DNA of 64,000 nucleotides. Source: an uncultured Acidobacteriaceae bacterium. Its GTDB lineage: Bacteria > Acidobacteriota > Terriglobia > Terriglobales > Acidobacteriaceae. The stretch spans positions 53,325 to 117,324 of the forward strand of contig CAXSEC010000001.1 of assembly GCA_964236325.1 (NCBI GenBank). Direction: 5' to 3'. The stretch's first letter is position 1, and every line of letters begins with the position of its first letter. The notes below the pieces were generated by a model. It did no database searches, was not told the DNA's origin, and saw only the letters and a program-made list of their open reading frames with translations. Position numbers and translations under genes: made by a program. This document shows positions 50,130-60,521 of the stretch, one piece after another.

Positions 50130-50214
50130 GCGGAGGTGGCGAAATTGGCAGACGCACTAGCTTGAGGTGCTAGCGCCGCAAGGCATAGGGGTTCAAGTCC
50201 CCTCCTCCGCACCA
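50130..50214 (+). tRNA. tRNA-Leu (GAG)
   Basis: Acceptor stem GCGGAGG/CCTCCGC, anticodon arm CTAGC-TTGAGGT-GCTAG, long variable arm, GTTCAAGTC T-loop, encoded CCA. Confidence 0.97.
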
Positions 50215-50364
50215 ATCCAACTCATCTGTTACTTCCTGGAGCGCCTTCAGCAGAGCTTCATCTATCGTTGGTATCACATCATCTTCATTGTTCTAAGTGT
50301 CGAAATCATCGGAGCTTGATTTGAACTTCGGTGAGCATGTAAGTGCGGGAAGGACTGTTGCGCC

Positions 50365-50664
50365 ATGATCACGATCCTTGTTGTAGTCCACGTTATCGTT
50401 TGTCTATTCCTGATCGGCGTGGTGCTCCTCCAGCAGGGGAAATCAGCGGACCTGGCGGCAGCATTTGGCGGACAGGGATCGCAGACGGCGTTTGGGCCAC
50501 GTGGCGCGGCCAACCTGCTTACAAAGCTGACAACATGGTCTGCCATTCTCTTCATGCTGGTATCCATCGCGTTGACCATCCTTCTGGCGAGGAACTCTGG
50601 GAGCGATCATTCGGTTCTCTCTGGAACGTCAACGACGAAGCAGACGGTACCTGCCAAGAAGTAA
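50365..50664 (+). CDS. secG: Preprotein translocase subunit SecG
   Basis: VLLQQGK.ADL..AFGG.GSQT.FG.RG..NLLTKLT. Confidence 0.96.
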   Translation: MITILVVVHVIVCLFLIGVVLLQQGKSADLAAAFGGQGSQTAFGPRGAANLLTKLTTWSAILFMLVSIALTILLARNSGSDHSVLSGTSTTKQTVPAKK

Positions 50665-50736
50665 CGGCATTCCGGAGAAAAGATGAGGCAGGACCTCCGG
50701 GTCCGTCTTTGGTATGTCCGCCGCGAGGGGAGACGC

Positions 50737-51369
50737 ATGATTCACGAAGTTCTCCCGGTCGGGGTTCTGGGGTGTAACTGCTCGATTCTGGGCGACGAGC
50801 AAAGCCGTAAAGCACTCGTGATTGATCCAGGTGCGGAGATCCCCGCGATCCTTGCCCGTGTTGCCCATCATGGATTGCAGGTGCAGCAGATCCTTGTGAC
50901 GCACGCGCACATCGACCACATCGCAGGCGCACTGTCCCTGCAGCGGCTGACGGGAGCGCCCATCTCGTACAACCAGGACGATCTTCCGCTGGTTGCGATG
51001 ATGGACCTCCAGGCCACCTGGATTGGGGCACCCACACCGGAGGTACATGCCCCGGATGAGAGCCTCGCTGATGGTAGTACCTTCCGCGCTGGTGGACTCT
51101 CCGGCATTGTCCTGCATACTCCCGGTCACACGCCGGGCAGTCTCTGTCTCTACCTTCCAGAAGAATCTCTTCTACTCGCCGGCGACACGCTTTTTAGAGG
51201 AAGTATCGGCAGGACGGATCTCCCAGGTGGTGATGCGTCCACGTTGCTGCGTTCCATCTACACCAGCCTGAAACCACTTCCCGAGGGGACCCGTGTCATC
51301 CCAGGCCACGGGCCTGAAACGACGATTGGACGAGAGGTCGCGGTCAATCCTTATCTCCAAGGCATGTAA
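50737..51369 (+). CDS. MBL-fold metallo-hydrolase (glyoxalase II-like)
   Basis: THAHIDH, TPGHTPG, GDTLF.GSIGRTD, PGHG. Confidence 0.92.
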   Translation: MIHEVLPVGVLGCNCSILGDEQSRKALVIDPGAEIPAILARVAHHGLQVQQILVTHAHIDHIAGALSLQRLTGAPISYNQDDLPLVAMMDLQATWIGAPTPEVHAPDESLADGSTFRAGGLSGIVLHTPGHTPGSLCLYLPEESLLLAGDTLFRGSIGRTDLPGGDASTLLRSIYTSLKPLPEGTRVIPGHGPETTIGREVAVNPYLQGM

Positions 51370-51375
51370 ATCACT

Positions 51376-52551
51376 TCAGGAGCGGGATAGAAGACCCGAG
51401 ATTCTGTCGATTGCCTCCTGCATTGTCTCGGTTGGAACGATAAGGCTGAGGACGACCCGATTCATGCTTTCGAGACCGTAGAAGTGTGCAGGATGAGTCA
51501 CAATCGCCAAACGCAGCAGGCTCTCAAAGGCCGTCTCGCCGTCGAAGAGTCTGGGTAGCCGCAGAATCGCACTCCACCCTGCGTCGACGTCAAAGATGTC
51601 GAGTGGGGCTGCCCGCAAAAGTTGGACATTCTGGTTGATCCGGTCCCGGATCCTCTGTTGTAGGACGGGAGCCTGCCTAAGCCAGTGCGGGACGGCAAGC
51701 TGGGAGGGAGTGGATACGGACAGGAAGGTGTCGGCAATCAGTTCAAGCCGTAGGAGCGCCTCTTCTCGTTCCTTCTCGGGTCCGACTGCGAGCAACCATC
51801 CCACCTTCATCTGCGGGAGTGCTGCAATCTTGCTCATGCCACTCAGGATGAACATAAGCGGAGGTGACTGATCTGCGGCGAAGCTATCTATGTTGCTGGT
51901 TCGAGTGTGCGGGTAGTCGAGAAAGACCTCGTCAACGACAAGAGCAAGACCGTACCGCCGGCAAAGCTCAAAGAGCAGCGCGCGTTCCACGCCGGACGTG
52001 AGATGGCCCGTTGGGTTGTTCGGATGAACCACGATAATGGCACGCGTTCGAGAGTTGATCTTTCGTTTCAACTCAGCTACATCGATCGTCCAGCCATAGT
52101 CGTAGAACAGCGGGTAAGAGCGAAGTGTGACGTCGGAGAGGTCTGCCAGATACTGAAAGAGCGGATAACTGGGTTGTGCAATCAGAACTTCATCCCCCAC
52201 ATCGCAGAGCAGACGGAAGAGATGGCTGTAGGCCTCGCTGGTGCTCGCGGTGAGAATCAGGTGTTCGGGAGAGATCCTTGCGTGATGCTCGGCATAGTAG
52301 TCTGCGATCGCTTCGCGTGCTGGCAGAAGGCCCCGCGGATCCGGCCTGTAGCGAAGAGCCTCCGGGTTCGAAAGAGGCGCGAGTACCTCTGCGGTATCGA
52401 GATGGAGCCCGCAATCCGTTGGGTTTGATGACGTGAGGTCTAAGCGCGGCATGTCAGCCGGCCCATGCGGCGCCTGTTGCAGCTCGCTCTCCGAGCGATC
52501 CCATGCAGTGCGGAGGGAGAAGCGGAAATGCGCCGGCGGGTCCCAAGTCAT
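51376..52551 (-). CDS. PLP-dependent aminotransferase class I/II
   Basis: HPNNPTG, DEVF, SGMSK (PLP Lys). Confidence 0.9.
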   Translation of the reverse strand: MTWDPPAHFRFSLRTAWDRSESELQQAPHGPADMPRLDLTSSNPTDCGLHLDTAEVLAPLSNPEALRYRPDPRGLLPAREAIADYYAEHHARISPEHLILTASTSEAYSHLFRLLCDVGDEVLIAQPSYPLFQYLADLSDVTLRSYPLFYDYGWTIDVAELKRKINSRTRAIIVVHPNNPTGHLTSGVERALLFELCRRYGLALVVDEVFLDYPHTRTSNIDSFAADQSPPLMFILSGMSKIAALPQMKVGWLLAVGPEKEREEALLRLELIADTFLSVSTPSQLAVPHWLRQAPVLQQRIRDRINQNVQLLRAAPLDIFDVDAGWSAILRLPRLFDGETAFESLLRLAIVTHPAHFYGLESMNRVVLSLIVPTETMQEAIDRISGLLSRS

Positions 52552-52610
52552 GTTCTTTATCGTATCGACATTGGCAAAGAGTCTAAGTGCAGGACCTAGA
52601 ATAGCGGCTG

Positions 52611-53282
52611 ATGAACGACTCCAACAACACGCCCCGAGCAACGGCCTCTCCAACAACAGTCGCGATTGATGCCATCCTGTTTGACTATGGACAGGTGCTA
52701 TCGAAAGGACCAAATCCAGCAGCGTGGGAGCGGATGTGCACGATCCTGCGGGCTACCCCGGAGATCTTTCAGGATGCTTACTGGGCGCCTCGACACGAGT
52801 ATGACCGCGGAACGCTCAGCGGTACCGCTTACTGGCAGGCGGTTGCTCGCAGTGTGGGACATCCTGAGCTGACGGAAGCAGAGCTGACGGCCTTGTATGC
52901 GGCAGATGTGGCGTTGTGGACGGATCTGAACGATCCCATGGTGGCGTGGGCGCGGGAGCTTCATCGGCGCGGCGTTCGGACGGGGATTCTGTCAAATATC
53001 GGGGACCGCATGGAGGCAGGAATACGGGAGAGCTTCGACTGGATCGGCTCCTTTAATCACTGCACGTGGTCTCACCGTTTGCGTTTGGCCAAACCCGAGC
53101 TTGCGATCTACCTGCATGCAGCTAAGGGCCTCAAAGCTGACCCGTCGAGGATCCTGTTCATTGATGATCGCGAGGACAACATCGCGGGCGCGCAAAGGGC
53201 AGGAATGATTGCCATTCGCTACACGGATCATGACAGCTTCGTTGCGGCGATGGAGCAAATGGGGCTGTCCGAGCTGTTATGA
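52611..53282 (+). CDS. HAD family phosphatase
   Basis: LFDYGQVL, ILSN, AKPE..IY, FIDD. Confidence 0.9.
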   Translation: MNDSNNTPRATASPTTVAIDAILFDYGQVLSKGPNPAAWERMCTILRATPEIFQDAYWAPRHEYDRGTLSGTAYWQAVARSVGHPELTEAELTALYAADVALWTDLNDPMVAWARELHRRGVRTGILSNIGDRMEAGIRESFDWIGSFNHCTWSHRLRLAKPELAIYLHAAKGLKADPSRILFIDDREDNIAGAQRAGMIAIRYTDHDSFVAAMEQMGLSELL

Positions 53283-54452
53283 CCGAGACGCCTGAGAGGG
53301 CGATGCGGAGTGAGTCACGGGGATCGCAACCTGTTCAACGATCTCAATGCCAAATCCTTGAAGAGCTGGAACATGAGTGGGAGTGTTGGTTAACAAACGG
53401 ATCTTGCAGATGCCCAGATCAGAGAGGATCTGGCCGCCTAGACCAACCTGACGCAGGGTCCGTTCGCGCCGATCCTCACGGTCGCGCGCCTCACGGTGAA
53501 GGATGATGCGATTCGGTTGCACTGACGCATCGATGCCAAAACCTTTCGCTCCGTTATGAAGGTAGATGAGGGCGCCGCGACCGGCCTCGGCGATCATCCG
53601 CAACGAGGCGTCGACGACGGCGCGGCAGTCGCAAAGAGTCGTTCCAAACACATCGCCGGCAAGGCAGTGTGTATGCACGCGCACCAGCACGATGTCAGCC
53701 GGCGACTTTTCGCGAGCAGCGCTTACGTCTCCGTACACCAGTGCGACGTGAGACTGGCCACCCTCCACCTCGCTCTCGTACGCGATCATACGAAAGTCGC
53801 CGTACGCGGTTGGAAGCAGCGACTCTGCCACCCGGCGGATGTAGCGCTCGTGCTGAAGCCGGTAACGGATCAGATCAGCAACTGTGACCATCTTTAGCTC
53901 GTGATGTTCACAGAACTTGATCAGATCCGGGACGCGCGCCATGCTGCCATCCTCATTCATAATCTCGCAGATGACGCCGGCAGAAATCAGACCTCCCATC
54001 CGCGCCAGATCGACAGAGGCTTCGGTCTGTCCGGCACGCACCAGCACGCCTCCGCGTCGCGCCCGCAGAGGGAAGATGTGGCCTGGCCGAGCCAGATCGA
54101 ACGCGGTTGAGGATGGATCGATGGCGACTCGGATGGTTCTCGCTCGATCCCCCGCGGAGATGCCGGTGGTCACGCCTTCCCGCGCCTCGATCGTCTCAGT
54201 GAACGCAGTTCCGAAGCGCGAGGTGTTGTCCTGCGTCATGGGCCCCAAATGTAGGTAGTCTGCCCGCTCTTCGGTCAGCGTCAGGCAGATCAGCCCTCGC
54301 CCAAACGTGGCCATGAAGTTAATCGCTTCGGGGGTAACGAACTCGGCAGCGAGCGTGAGGTCGCCTTCGTTTTCGCGATCCTCATCATCAACGACGACGA
54401 CCATGCGGCCCGCCGCCATGTCCGCAATTGCATCCTTTACGTCAGCAAACAT
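53277..54452 (-). CDS. ribB: DHBP synthase fused to a degenerate GTP cyclohydrolase II domain
   Basis: [29 protein letters not shown]; C-terminal RVH..C..GD.F....CDC, but the QEGRGIGL..K..AY segment is missing. Confidence 0.92.
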   Translation of the reverse strand: MFADVKDAIADMAAGRMVVVVDDEDRENEGDLTLAAEFVTPEAINFMATFGRGLICLTLTEERADYLHLGPMTQDNTSRFGTAFTETIEAREGVTTGISAGDRARTIRVAIDPSSTAFDLARPGHIFPLRARRGGVLVRAGQTEASVDLARMGGLISAGVICEIMNEDGSMARVPDLIKFCEHHELKMVTVADLIRYRLQHERYIRRVAESLLPTAYGDFRMIAYESEVEGGQSHVALVYGDVSAAREKSPADIVLVRVHTHCLAGDVFGTTLCDCRAVVDASLRMIAEAGRGALIYLHNGAKGFGIDASVQPNRIILHREARDREDRRERTLRQVGLGGQILSDLGICKIRLLTNTPTHVPALQGFGIEIVEQVAIPVTHSASPSQASRS

Positions 54453-54528
54453 GCTTGCTTCCTCTCGGACATTGGTGCGGTCGCGTGGATCGTGTCCCTA
54501 CCATGACGAGACAGAGCGGACGAAGTGG

Positions 54529-54756
54529 TTAGAGGGTTGACTCGATCTCAAAGCCCCATGCTTCCAGCAGCGCCTCGGGGATGTACTTGGAGTTTTTATT
54601 TCGTCGAGCCCACTCGCGGAGGCGGGTTGACCGAACGTACTGATCCGGAGTCAGCTTGTACTCTTTCACGACCTGCTCGAACGATGTGATGGTGGGGACC
54701 ACCGGGCCAATTGGCTCCGGCTTGCCCCAGTTTGGATTTCCACGGCGTTTTGCCAT
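54529..54756 (-). CDS. Small hypothetical protein
   Basis: 75 aa [13 protein letters not shown]...[11 protein letters not shown]; RBS AAGGA; natural-looking composition. Confidence 0.75.
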   Translation of the reverse strand: MAKRRGNPNWGKPEPIGPVVPTITSFEQVVKEYKLTPDQYVRSTRLREWARRNKNSKYIPEALLEAWGFEIESTL

Positions 54757-54959
54757 TGATATGTATTCCTTGGAGAGCGCACGTACTGCCGATTGGGTGA
54801 AATGTGCAATCGATCGGCTCCAATCATTCTAGTGTGCGACGGTTCGCGCCGCAACCGGAGACAGGCAGAGCCGAGGCGAACAGACCGAGAAGACAACAGC
54901 ATCAGAAATGGTGCAGTTCTCCCCCAGCCAGTATGCGAAGATTGACGTGGCTCCTCGTT

Positions 54960-57326
54960 ATGAATCTCACTTCCCTGCTTTCTGAACGCTTCGGTTTCTC
55001 GGCCTTTCGTCCCAATCAGGAGGCGGTGTGCGAGGCTGCAGCCAAGGGGAAGGATGTGCTGCTCGTGATGCCGACCGGTGCGGGGAAGAGCCTCTGCTAT
55101 CAGCTTCCGGCCCTGGCTCGAGGAGGCACGGCGCTCGTGGTCAGCCCGCTCATCGCTCTGATGGATGATCAAGCGGCGAAGCTGTCCAAAGCAGGTCTGG
55201 CAGTCGCCCGCATCCACTCCGGACTCTCCCGTGAGGACTCGCGACAGGCATGCCGCGACTACCTGGATGGACGGCTGCACTTCCTGTTTATCGCTCCCGA
55301 GCGGATGCGGGTTCCCGGCTTTCCGGAGATGCTGGCGCGTCGCAAGCCAAGCCTGATCGCGATTGATGAAGCGCATTGCATCTCGGCCTGGGGACACGAC
55401 TTTCGGCCCGACTATCGGACGCTCGGCGACTATCTGCCAGCTCTCCGACCTGCGCCGATCGTGGCGCTCACCGCCACAGCAACGCCAACGGTGCAGCGCG
55501 ACATTGTGGCGCAGCTTGGCCTGGCGGGTCCTTCGCTCTTCATCCACGGCTTCCGGCGCGACAACCTGGGCATTGAGGTTCTAGAGATGCCAAAGCCTCG
55601 GCGGACGGCCTTCATCAAGGAGTTCCTGCAGCGGCCAGGATCTCGGCCCGCCATTGTGTACTCTCCTTCGCGAAAGGCGGCAGGGGAGATCGCCGGTGTG
55701 CTTGGAGGCCGGGCGGCGGCGTACCATGCGGGTCTCGATGGCACCACACGAGAGCGGGTACAGCGTCATTTTCTCGCCGGTGAGCTTGATGTCGTCGTGG
55801 CCACCATCGCGTTCGGTATGGGCATCGATAAGGCTGATGTTCGCACCGTGATCCATGCCGCCCTGCCAGCATCGGTGGAGTCGTTCTATCAGGAGATCGG
55901 CCGCGCGGGTAGAGATGGTCTTCCATCGCGCACCGTGTTGCTGCATTCGTTCGCAGACCGGAAGATGCATGACTTCTTCCTGGAGCGTGACTACCCGGCG
56001 TCAGCAGAGTTAGACCGGCTCTCTTCGTTGCTGACGCAGGAGTTTCAAGAGGCGGGCAGTTTGGCGCGCCGTCTGAAGCTGGACGTTGACAGCATCCTGC
56101 GATCGGCCGAGAAGCTGGCCAGCCAGGGCGCGGCGGCGATCGATATGGACGACAGGATCCGGTCGACAGGAGCCACGGGGTGGCGCTCCGGCTATGACGC
56201 CCAGATCGCCTTTCGTCGTGCACAAATCGACCGCATAGCTGCGTTTGCCGAAGGTCAGGGATGCCGGATGACGGCTCTCGTGCGCCACTTCGGTGACACG
56301 GAAGACGGCTCGAAACCATGCGGCCGGTGCGATGTCTGTGCTCCGGGCCATGCATCGGCGCAGCCTTTCCGCGAGGCAAACCCGCAGGAACAGAAGATCC
56401 TGCGCTCAATCCTGCGCGAGCTGGGAGGCAATGGGCGATCGACCGGGAAGCTCTTTGCTGAGGTCGCATCCAACCTCGATCGCAAGGTCTTTGATGGCTT
56501 GCTCGACGGGCTGGCGCGTGCCGGGTTTCTTACGCTCACGCCGGATACGTTCCTCACGGCTGACGGCCGGCAGGTCAGCTACAAAAAGGCCGCCTTGACC
56601 CACGAGGGCCGCCATGTCGAAGCAGGCGATCTGCCGGTCCTGGTGCGAGCGGAGGCTGAGCAAGATGCCAGCGGCAGATCGGCGAAGAGCCGAAGCCGCC
56701 AGCGTGGTCCCGAAGCATCAGAACAGCCGCTCTCCGCAGAGCAGACACTGGTTGCAGATCGCCTTCGAGCATGGCGAACGCTTGAGGCCGCCAAAACCGG
56801 CAAGCCAGCCTTTCTCGTCTTGACCGACAAGACGCTGATCGCACTGGCAGGCACTTCCCCATCGACACTAGCGTCGATGGGGAAGGTGGCGGGAATCGGT
56901 CCAGACAAGCTCGAGCGCTATGGTGCTGACATCCTGCGGGTCATTCAGGGAGAGGCGGTATCGCTGCCGGTGAGCCTTGTGGCGAATCCTTCGGGCGGCT
57001 TCCCGCGCGCCGCGGACGCCAGCACCCGCGTGTCTCTGCCGATGCTGGACATGACCCGAGAGCAAGCGCCCCGCGAGCAGGCGCCCAAAGTTGAGCCTTC
57101 GCTTACCGCCGAGCAGCAGGCGCTTGAGTCGCGCCTGCGCACATGGCGGCAAATGGCGTCCGAGAAGCTAGGTATGCCGCAGTTCTTTGTGCTTGGCTCA
57201 ACGTCCCTGCGGGATCTCGCGATCATCCAACCTCAATCCACCCAGCAGTTGCACAGCATCAAGGGACTTTCAGTCGAGAAGATTGAGCGCTTCGGGGTCG
57301 AGATCCTCGAGCTCTGTCGAGGCTAG
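54960..57326 (+). CDS. recQ: RecQ family DNA helicase with two HRDC domains
   Basis: MPTGAGKSLCYQ, DEAHCIS.WGHDFRP, TATA, QEIGRAGRDG, Zn motif CR...CGRCDVC, two HRDC-like repeats. Confidence 0.93.
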   Translation: MNLTSLLSERFGFSAFRPNQEAVCEAAAKGKDVLLVMPTGAGKSLCYQLPALARGGTALVVSPLIALMDDQAAKLSKAGLAVARIHSGLSREDSRQACRDYLDGRLHFLFIAPERMRVPGFPEMLARRKPSLIAIDEAHCISAWGHDFRPDYRTLGDYLPALRPAPIVALTATATPTVQRDIVAQLGLAGPSLFIHGFRRDNLGIEVLEMPKPRRTAFIKEFLQRPGSRPAIVYSPSRKAAGEIAGVLGGRAAAYHAGLDGTTRERVQRHFLAGELDVVVATIAFGMGIDKADVRTVIHAALPASVESFYQEIGRAGRDGLPSRTVLLHSFADRKMHDFFLERDYPASAELDRLSSLLTQEFQEAGSLARRLKLDVDSILRSAEKLASQGAAAIDMDDRIRSTGATGWRSGYDAQIAFRRAQIDRIAAFAEGQGCRMTALVRHFGDTEDGSKPCGRCDVCAPGHASAQPFREANPQEQKILRSILRELGGNGRSTGKLFAEVASNLDRKVFDGLLDGLARAGFLTLTPDTFLTADGRQVSYKKAALTHEGRHVEAGDLPVLVRAEAEQDASGRSAKSRSRQRGPEASEQPLSAEQTLVADRLRAWRTLEAAKTGKPAFLVLTDKTLIALAGTSPSTLASMGKVAGIGPDKLERYGADILRVIQGEAVSLPVSLVANPSGGFPRAADASTRVSLPMLDMTREQAPREQAPKVEPSLTAEQQALESRLRTWRQMASEKLGMPQFFVLGSTSLRDLAIIQPQSTQQLHSIKGLSVEKIERFGVEILELCRG

Positions 57327-57372
57327 GAAACGTTCAGCTGGTGTTCAGCCCGTTCATCAGGTAGGTGGTCAA

Positions 57373-57825
57373 GTGGAACAATCCGTCGATGAGCTCTCTG
57401 GCCACTGCTTCGGATGCGGTCCGAAGAACCCGGAAGGTCTGCACCTCTCGTTCAAGATCGATAGCGATGCCCATACAGCCTCCGCGACCGTGGTGCTCGA
57501 CGAGCGGTACCAGGGCGCACCGGGTTACGTGCACGGCGGGATCATTGCGACGCTGCTTGATGAAGCAATGAGCAAGCTGAATCGACCGCTGGGAGTTCTG
57601 GCAATGACGCGGCAGATGGACGTCTCCTATCTGCGGCCCGTTCCCATCAGGACAGAGTTACAGATCACAGCCCGCTTCATCCGCCGCGACGGAAGAAAGC
57701 TGTTCCATGAGGCGGAACTCCTCGGGCGTGACGGCGAGGTGCTCTCGCGTTGCGCAGGCCTGTGGATCGTCATTGACCCAAGCCTTCTAAGGCTTCCTCC
57801 GAACGACTTGATCGAGCCAGCTTGA
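57373..57825 (+). CDS. PaaI family thioesterase
   Basis: CFGCG..NP.GL and HGGIIATLLDEAM. Confidence 0.88.
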   Translation: MEQSVDELSGHCFGCGPKNPEGLHLSFKIDSDAHTASATVVLDERYQGAPGYVHGGIIATLLDEAMSKLNRPLGVLAMTRQMDVSYLRPVPIRTELQITARFIRRDGRKLFHEAELLGRDGEVLSRCAGLWIVIDPSLLRLPPNDLIEPA

Positions 57826-58019
57826 CGCGTGATCGCGTAGATTGTCGGCCGCAATGAAGTGCACCAAATCTTCTCTCTGAGATTGAAGTAGCCGGACGGC
57901 GGTAGATCGAGTCGCGGTGGATGGAACTGCTACCATAAGCCTGTGACAGCCAGTGCGCAAAGCGCGCTCGTGTCAGCGCAAGAGGCCATGTTGGCGATGC
58001 GCATGAGGAGAGTCGAACC

Positions 58020-58952
58020 ATGGCAGAGCACACGAGCAACGGCACCTTTCAGTCAACCAGCCTTCGCCTCAAGACCGGGCTCGCGGAGATGCTTAAGGGC
58101 GGCGTCATCATGGATGTCGTCGACGTGTTTCAGGCGCGCATCGCGGAGCGGGCCGGCGCCACTGCGGTGATGGCTCTCGAGCGCGTTCCAGCGCAGATTC
58201 GGGCACAGGGCGGCGTTGCGCGCATGTCGCATCCGCGGATGATCCGGGAGATCATCGACACGGTCTCCATTCCGGTGATGGCCAAGGCGCGTATCGGCCA
58301 CTTTGCTGAGGCGCAGATCTTGCAGGAGCTCGGAGTTGACTTCATAGACGAAAGTGAAGTTCTGACGCCCGCCGACGAGGTCTACCACATTGACAAGCAC
58401 GCCTTCCGGACCCCCTTCGTGTGTGGAGCGCGAGACCTGGGAGAAGCCCTGCGCCGCATCGCCGAAGGCGCCGCCATGATCCGGACCAAGGGAGAGGCCG
58501 GAACCGGTGACGTTGTTCATGCGGTGCGCCACATGCGCCAGATTGTGAAAGACATTCGCGCCCTGACAGTTCTCGGCGACGAGGAGCTGTTCAACGCTGC
58601 CAAAGAGCTGCGAGCGCCCTATGAACTAGTACGCATGGTGGCAAAGAGCGGCAAGCTGCCGGTTCCGAACTTCTCGGCCGGCGGAATCGCCACCCCTGCC
58701 GATGCCGCTCTTGTTCGTCAGCTCGGGGCAGAAGCGGTCTTCGTGGGCTCCGGCATCTTTATGAGCGACAGCTACACGTTTGCGGAGCCGGAAGAAGCTG
58801 AGATCCGAGCACGAGCCATCGTGCGTGCCAGCACTCACTTCGACAACCCGAAGATCCTGGCAGAATGCAGTGAAGAGTGTCAGGGAGCGATGAAGGGCTT
58901 AGCGGCCGCAGCCATCGACGAGAAGGAACTTCTGCAGACCCGCGGCTGGTAG
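58020..58952 (+). CDS. pdxS: PLP synthase subunit PdxS
   Basis: [39 protein letters not shown]. Confidence 0.98.
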   Translation: MAEHTSNGTFQSTSLRLKTGLAEMLKGGVIMDVVDVFQARIAERAGATAVMALERVPAQIRAQGGVARMSHPRMIREIIDTVSIPVMAKARIGHFAEAQILQELGVDFIDESEVLTPADEVYHIDKHAFRTPFVCGARDLGEALRRIAEGAAMIRTKGEAGTGDVVHAVRHMRQIVKDIRALTVLGDEELFNAAKELRAPYELVRMVAKSGKLPVPNFSAGGIATPADAALVRQLGAEAVFVGSGIFMSDSYTFAEPEEAEIRARAIVRASTHFDNPKILAECSEECQGAMKGLAAAAIDEKELLQTRGW

Positions 58953-59022
58953 GTAGACTGGACCCTCTTGATGAGGCGCGGAGACCTAGCTCCTCACGTT
59001 ATCTCCGCGCCTGGCTTTCGAC

Positions 59023-59631
59023 ATGAACACTCCTCCGCTAACGATCGGCATCCTGGCACTTCAAGGTGCGTACGATGTTCACGCAGCTATGGTGCAGCGA
59101 CTTGGGGCTAACGCCGTTCTGGTCCGACGCCCGGAGCAGCTGGCGAGCCTGGATGGTTTGATTCTTCCTGGAGGAGAGTCGACAACCTTCCTGAAACACC
59201 TGGAGCGGGACGGCTTTTTCGATGCGCTTGCAAGCTTCGTAGAGACCCGACCAACCTTCGGCACCTGTGCCGGCTGCATTCTCCTAGCGAAAGACGTCAA
59301 CAACCCTCCGCAGCGGTCCTTTGGCGTCTTCGACATCGCGGTAGAACGAAACGCCTACGGTCGGCAGATTGACTCCACCATCGAGGCGCTTGCCACAACC
59401 CTCCCTGGCGACGCGTTTGAAGCTGTCTTTATCCGCGCACCCCGCATCGAGCGCGTCGGGCCTCAGGTCGAGATTCTTGCTCGCAGAGATGGCTTCCCTG
59501 TTTTGGTCCAAGAGCGGCACCTGCTCGCCGCAACGTTTCATCCGGAACTCTCTACAGATGACAGGATTCATCAGCATTTTCTGAATCTCGTTGGACGATA
59601 CCGAGGCCAGGCGGGATTTCGCAGACCTTGA
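59023..59631 (+). CDS. pdxT: PLP synthase glutaminase subunit PdxT
   Basis: LALQG, PGGEST, FGTCAG, RNAYGRQ, FIRAP, FHPE. Confidence 0.97.
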   Translation: MNTPPLTIGILALQGAYDVHAAMVQRLGANAVLVRRPEQLASLDGLILPGGESTTFLKHLERDGFFDALASFVETRPTFGTCAGCILLAKDVNNPPQRSFGVFDIAVERNAYGRQIDSTIEALATTLPGDAFEAVFIRAPRIERVGPQVEILARRDGFPVLVQERHLLAATFHPELSTDDRIHQHFLNLVGRYRGQAGFRRP

Positions 59632-59726
59632 CCCAGGAAGCGTGATCCCACCAGAAAAGCTGCCTTAGACTTTCAATCGATCGCGGGAACGCCGCCGTAA
59701 GCTGCTGCCACAAGACGCAGCGACGT

Positions 59727-60521
59727 ATGCTTAAAGCTGTGATCAGTCCTCACTCTGTACCCGCCGCACTCACGTCCGCAGGGTCGCAGGAGTTCTGGCG
59801 GCTGCCGGTCAACGGAAGTGCGCACGGCATCCTGATGGATCGTCACCTGCTGCTGAATCTGTGGATCATTCTTGGGCTTGCCGCTGTGGCGCATCTGCTT
59901 CTGCTCGTTGGTCTGGGTCTACGAAGGCAGCGGCAAGAGGAGGACAACACTCCAGAGCGCACTCTGCGGCTGGAATACATCCCGGTCGCGGCACTCACAC
60001 TTCTATTTATCTGCCTGACATGGCGGGCGGAGCAGCTATGGGCGCTGAGCCGGTACACCGGAGCCGAGCCGACCGCCCTGCAGGTCGACATCGAGGGCAT
60101 GCAGTTTGCGTGGTACTTTCGCTACGCGGGATCGGATCAGACCTTCGGCCGCGTTGATCCGGCTTTGGTCGACCCAGGTGCAGGGAATCCAATGGGTCTG
60201 GATGCGAACGACGTGCATGGTCGGGACGATGTCGTCACCTCGGAACTTGTCTTGCCGCAAGGACGCGAGGTCGACCTCCGGCTTCGTGCGCTTGATGTGA
60301 TTCATGGCTTTGCCATTCCTGAAATGCGCCTTAAACAGAACGCGGTGCCTGGCCAAACCATCCATCTGCACTTCACCCCGGTGCGGCCGGGAACCTACGC
60401 AATTCTCTGTACGCAGCTATGCGGTCTGGGTCACTATCGAATGAACGCCAACCTGCGCGTGCTTTCACCGGTTGACTTTGAGCGATGGATCGAAGGACGG
60501 GAGAGGCGAAACACGACATGA
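59727..60521 (+). CDS. coxB: Heme-copper oxidase subunit II (CuA)
   Basis: QFAWYFRY, DVIHGF, CTQLCGLGHYRM. Confidence 0.92.
   Translation: MLKAVISPHSVPAALTSAGSQEFWRLPVNGSAHGILMDRHLLLNLWIILGLAAVAHLLLLVGLGLRRQRQEEDNTPERTLRLEYIPVAALTLLFICLTWRAEQLWALSRYTGAEPTALQVDIEGMQFAWYFRYAGSDQTFGRVDPALVDPGAGNPMGLDANDVHGRDDVVTSELVLPQGREVDLRLRALDVIHGFAIPEMRLKQNAVPGQTIHLHFTPVRPGTYAILCTQLCGLGHYRMNANLRVLSPVDFERWIEGRERRNTT

Noticed and set aside
50190-50214. tRNA-Leu 3' end as an integration site
   Set aside because: No duplicate of the 3' end was noticed in the window, and the flanking genes are core genes.
54453-54528. FMN riboswitch before ribB
   Set aside because: The spacer is only about 76 bp and lacks the RFN consensus.
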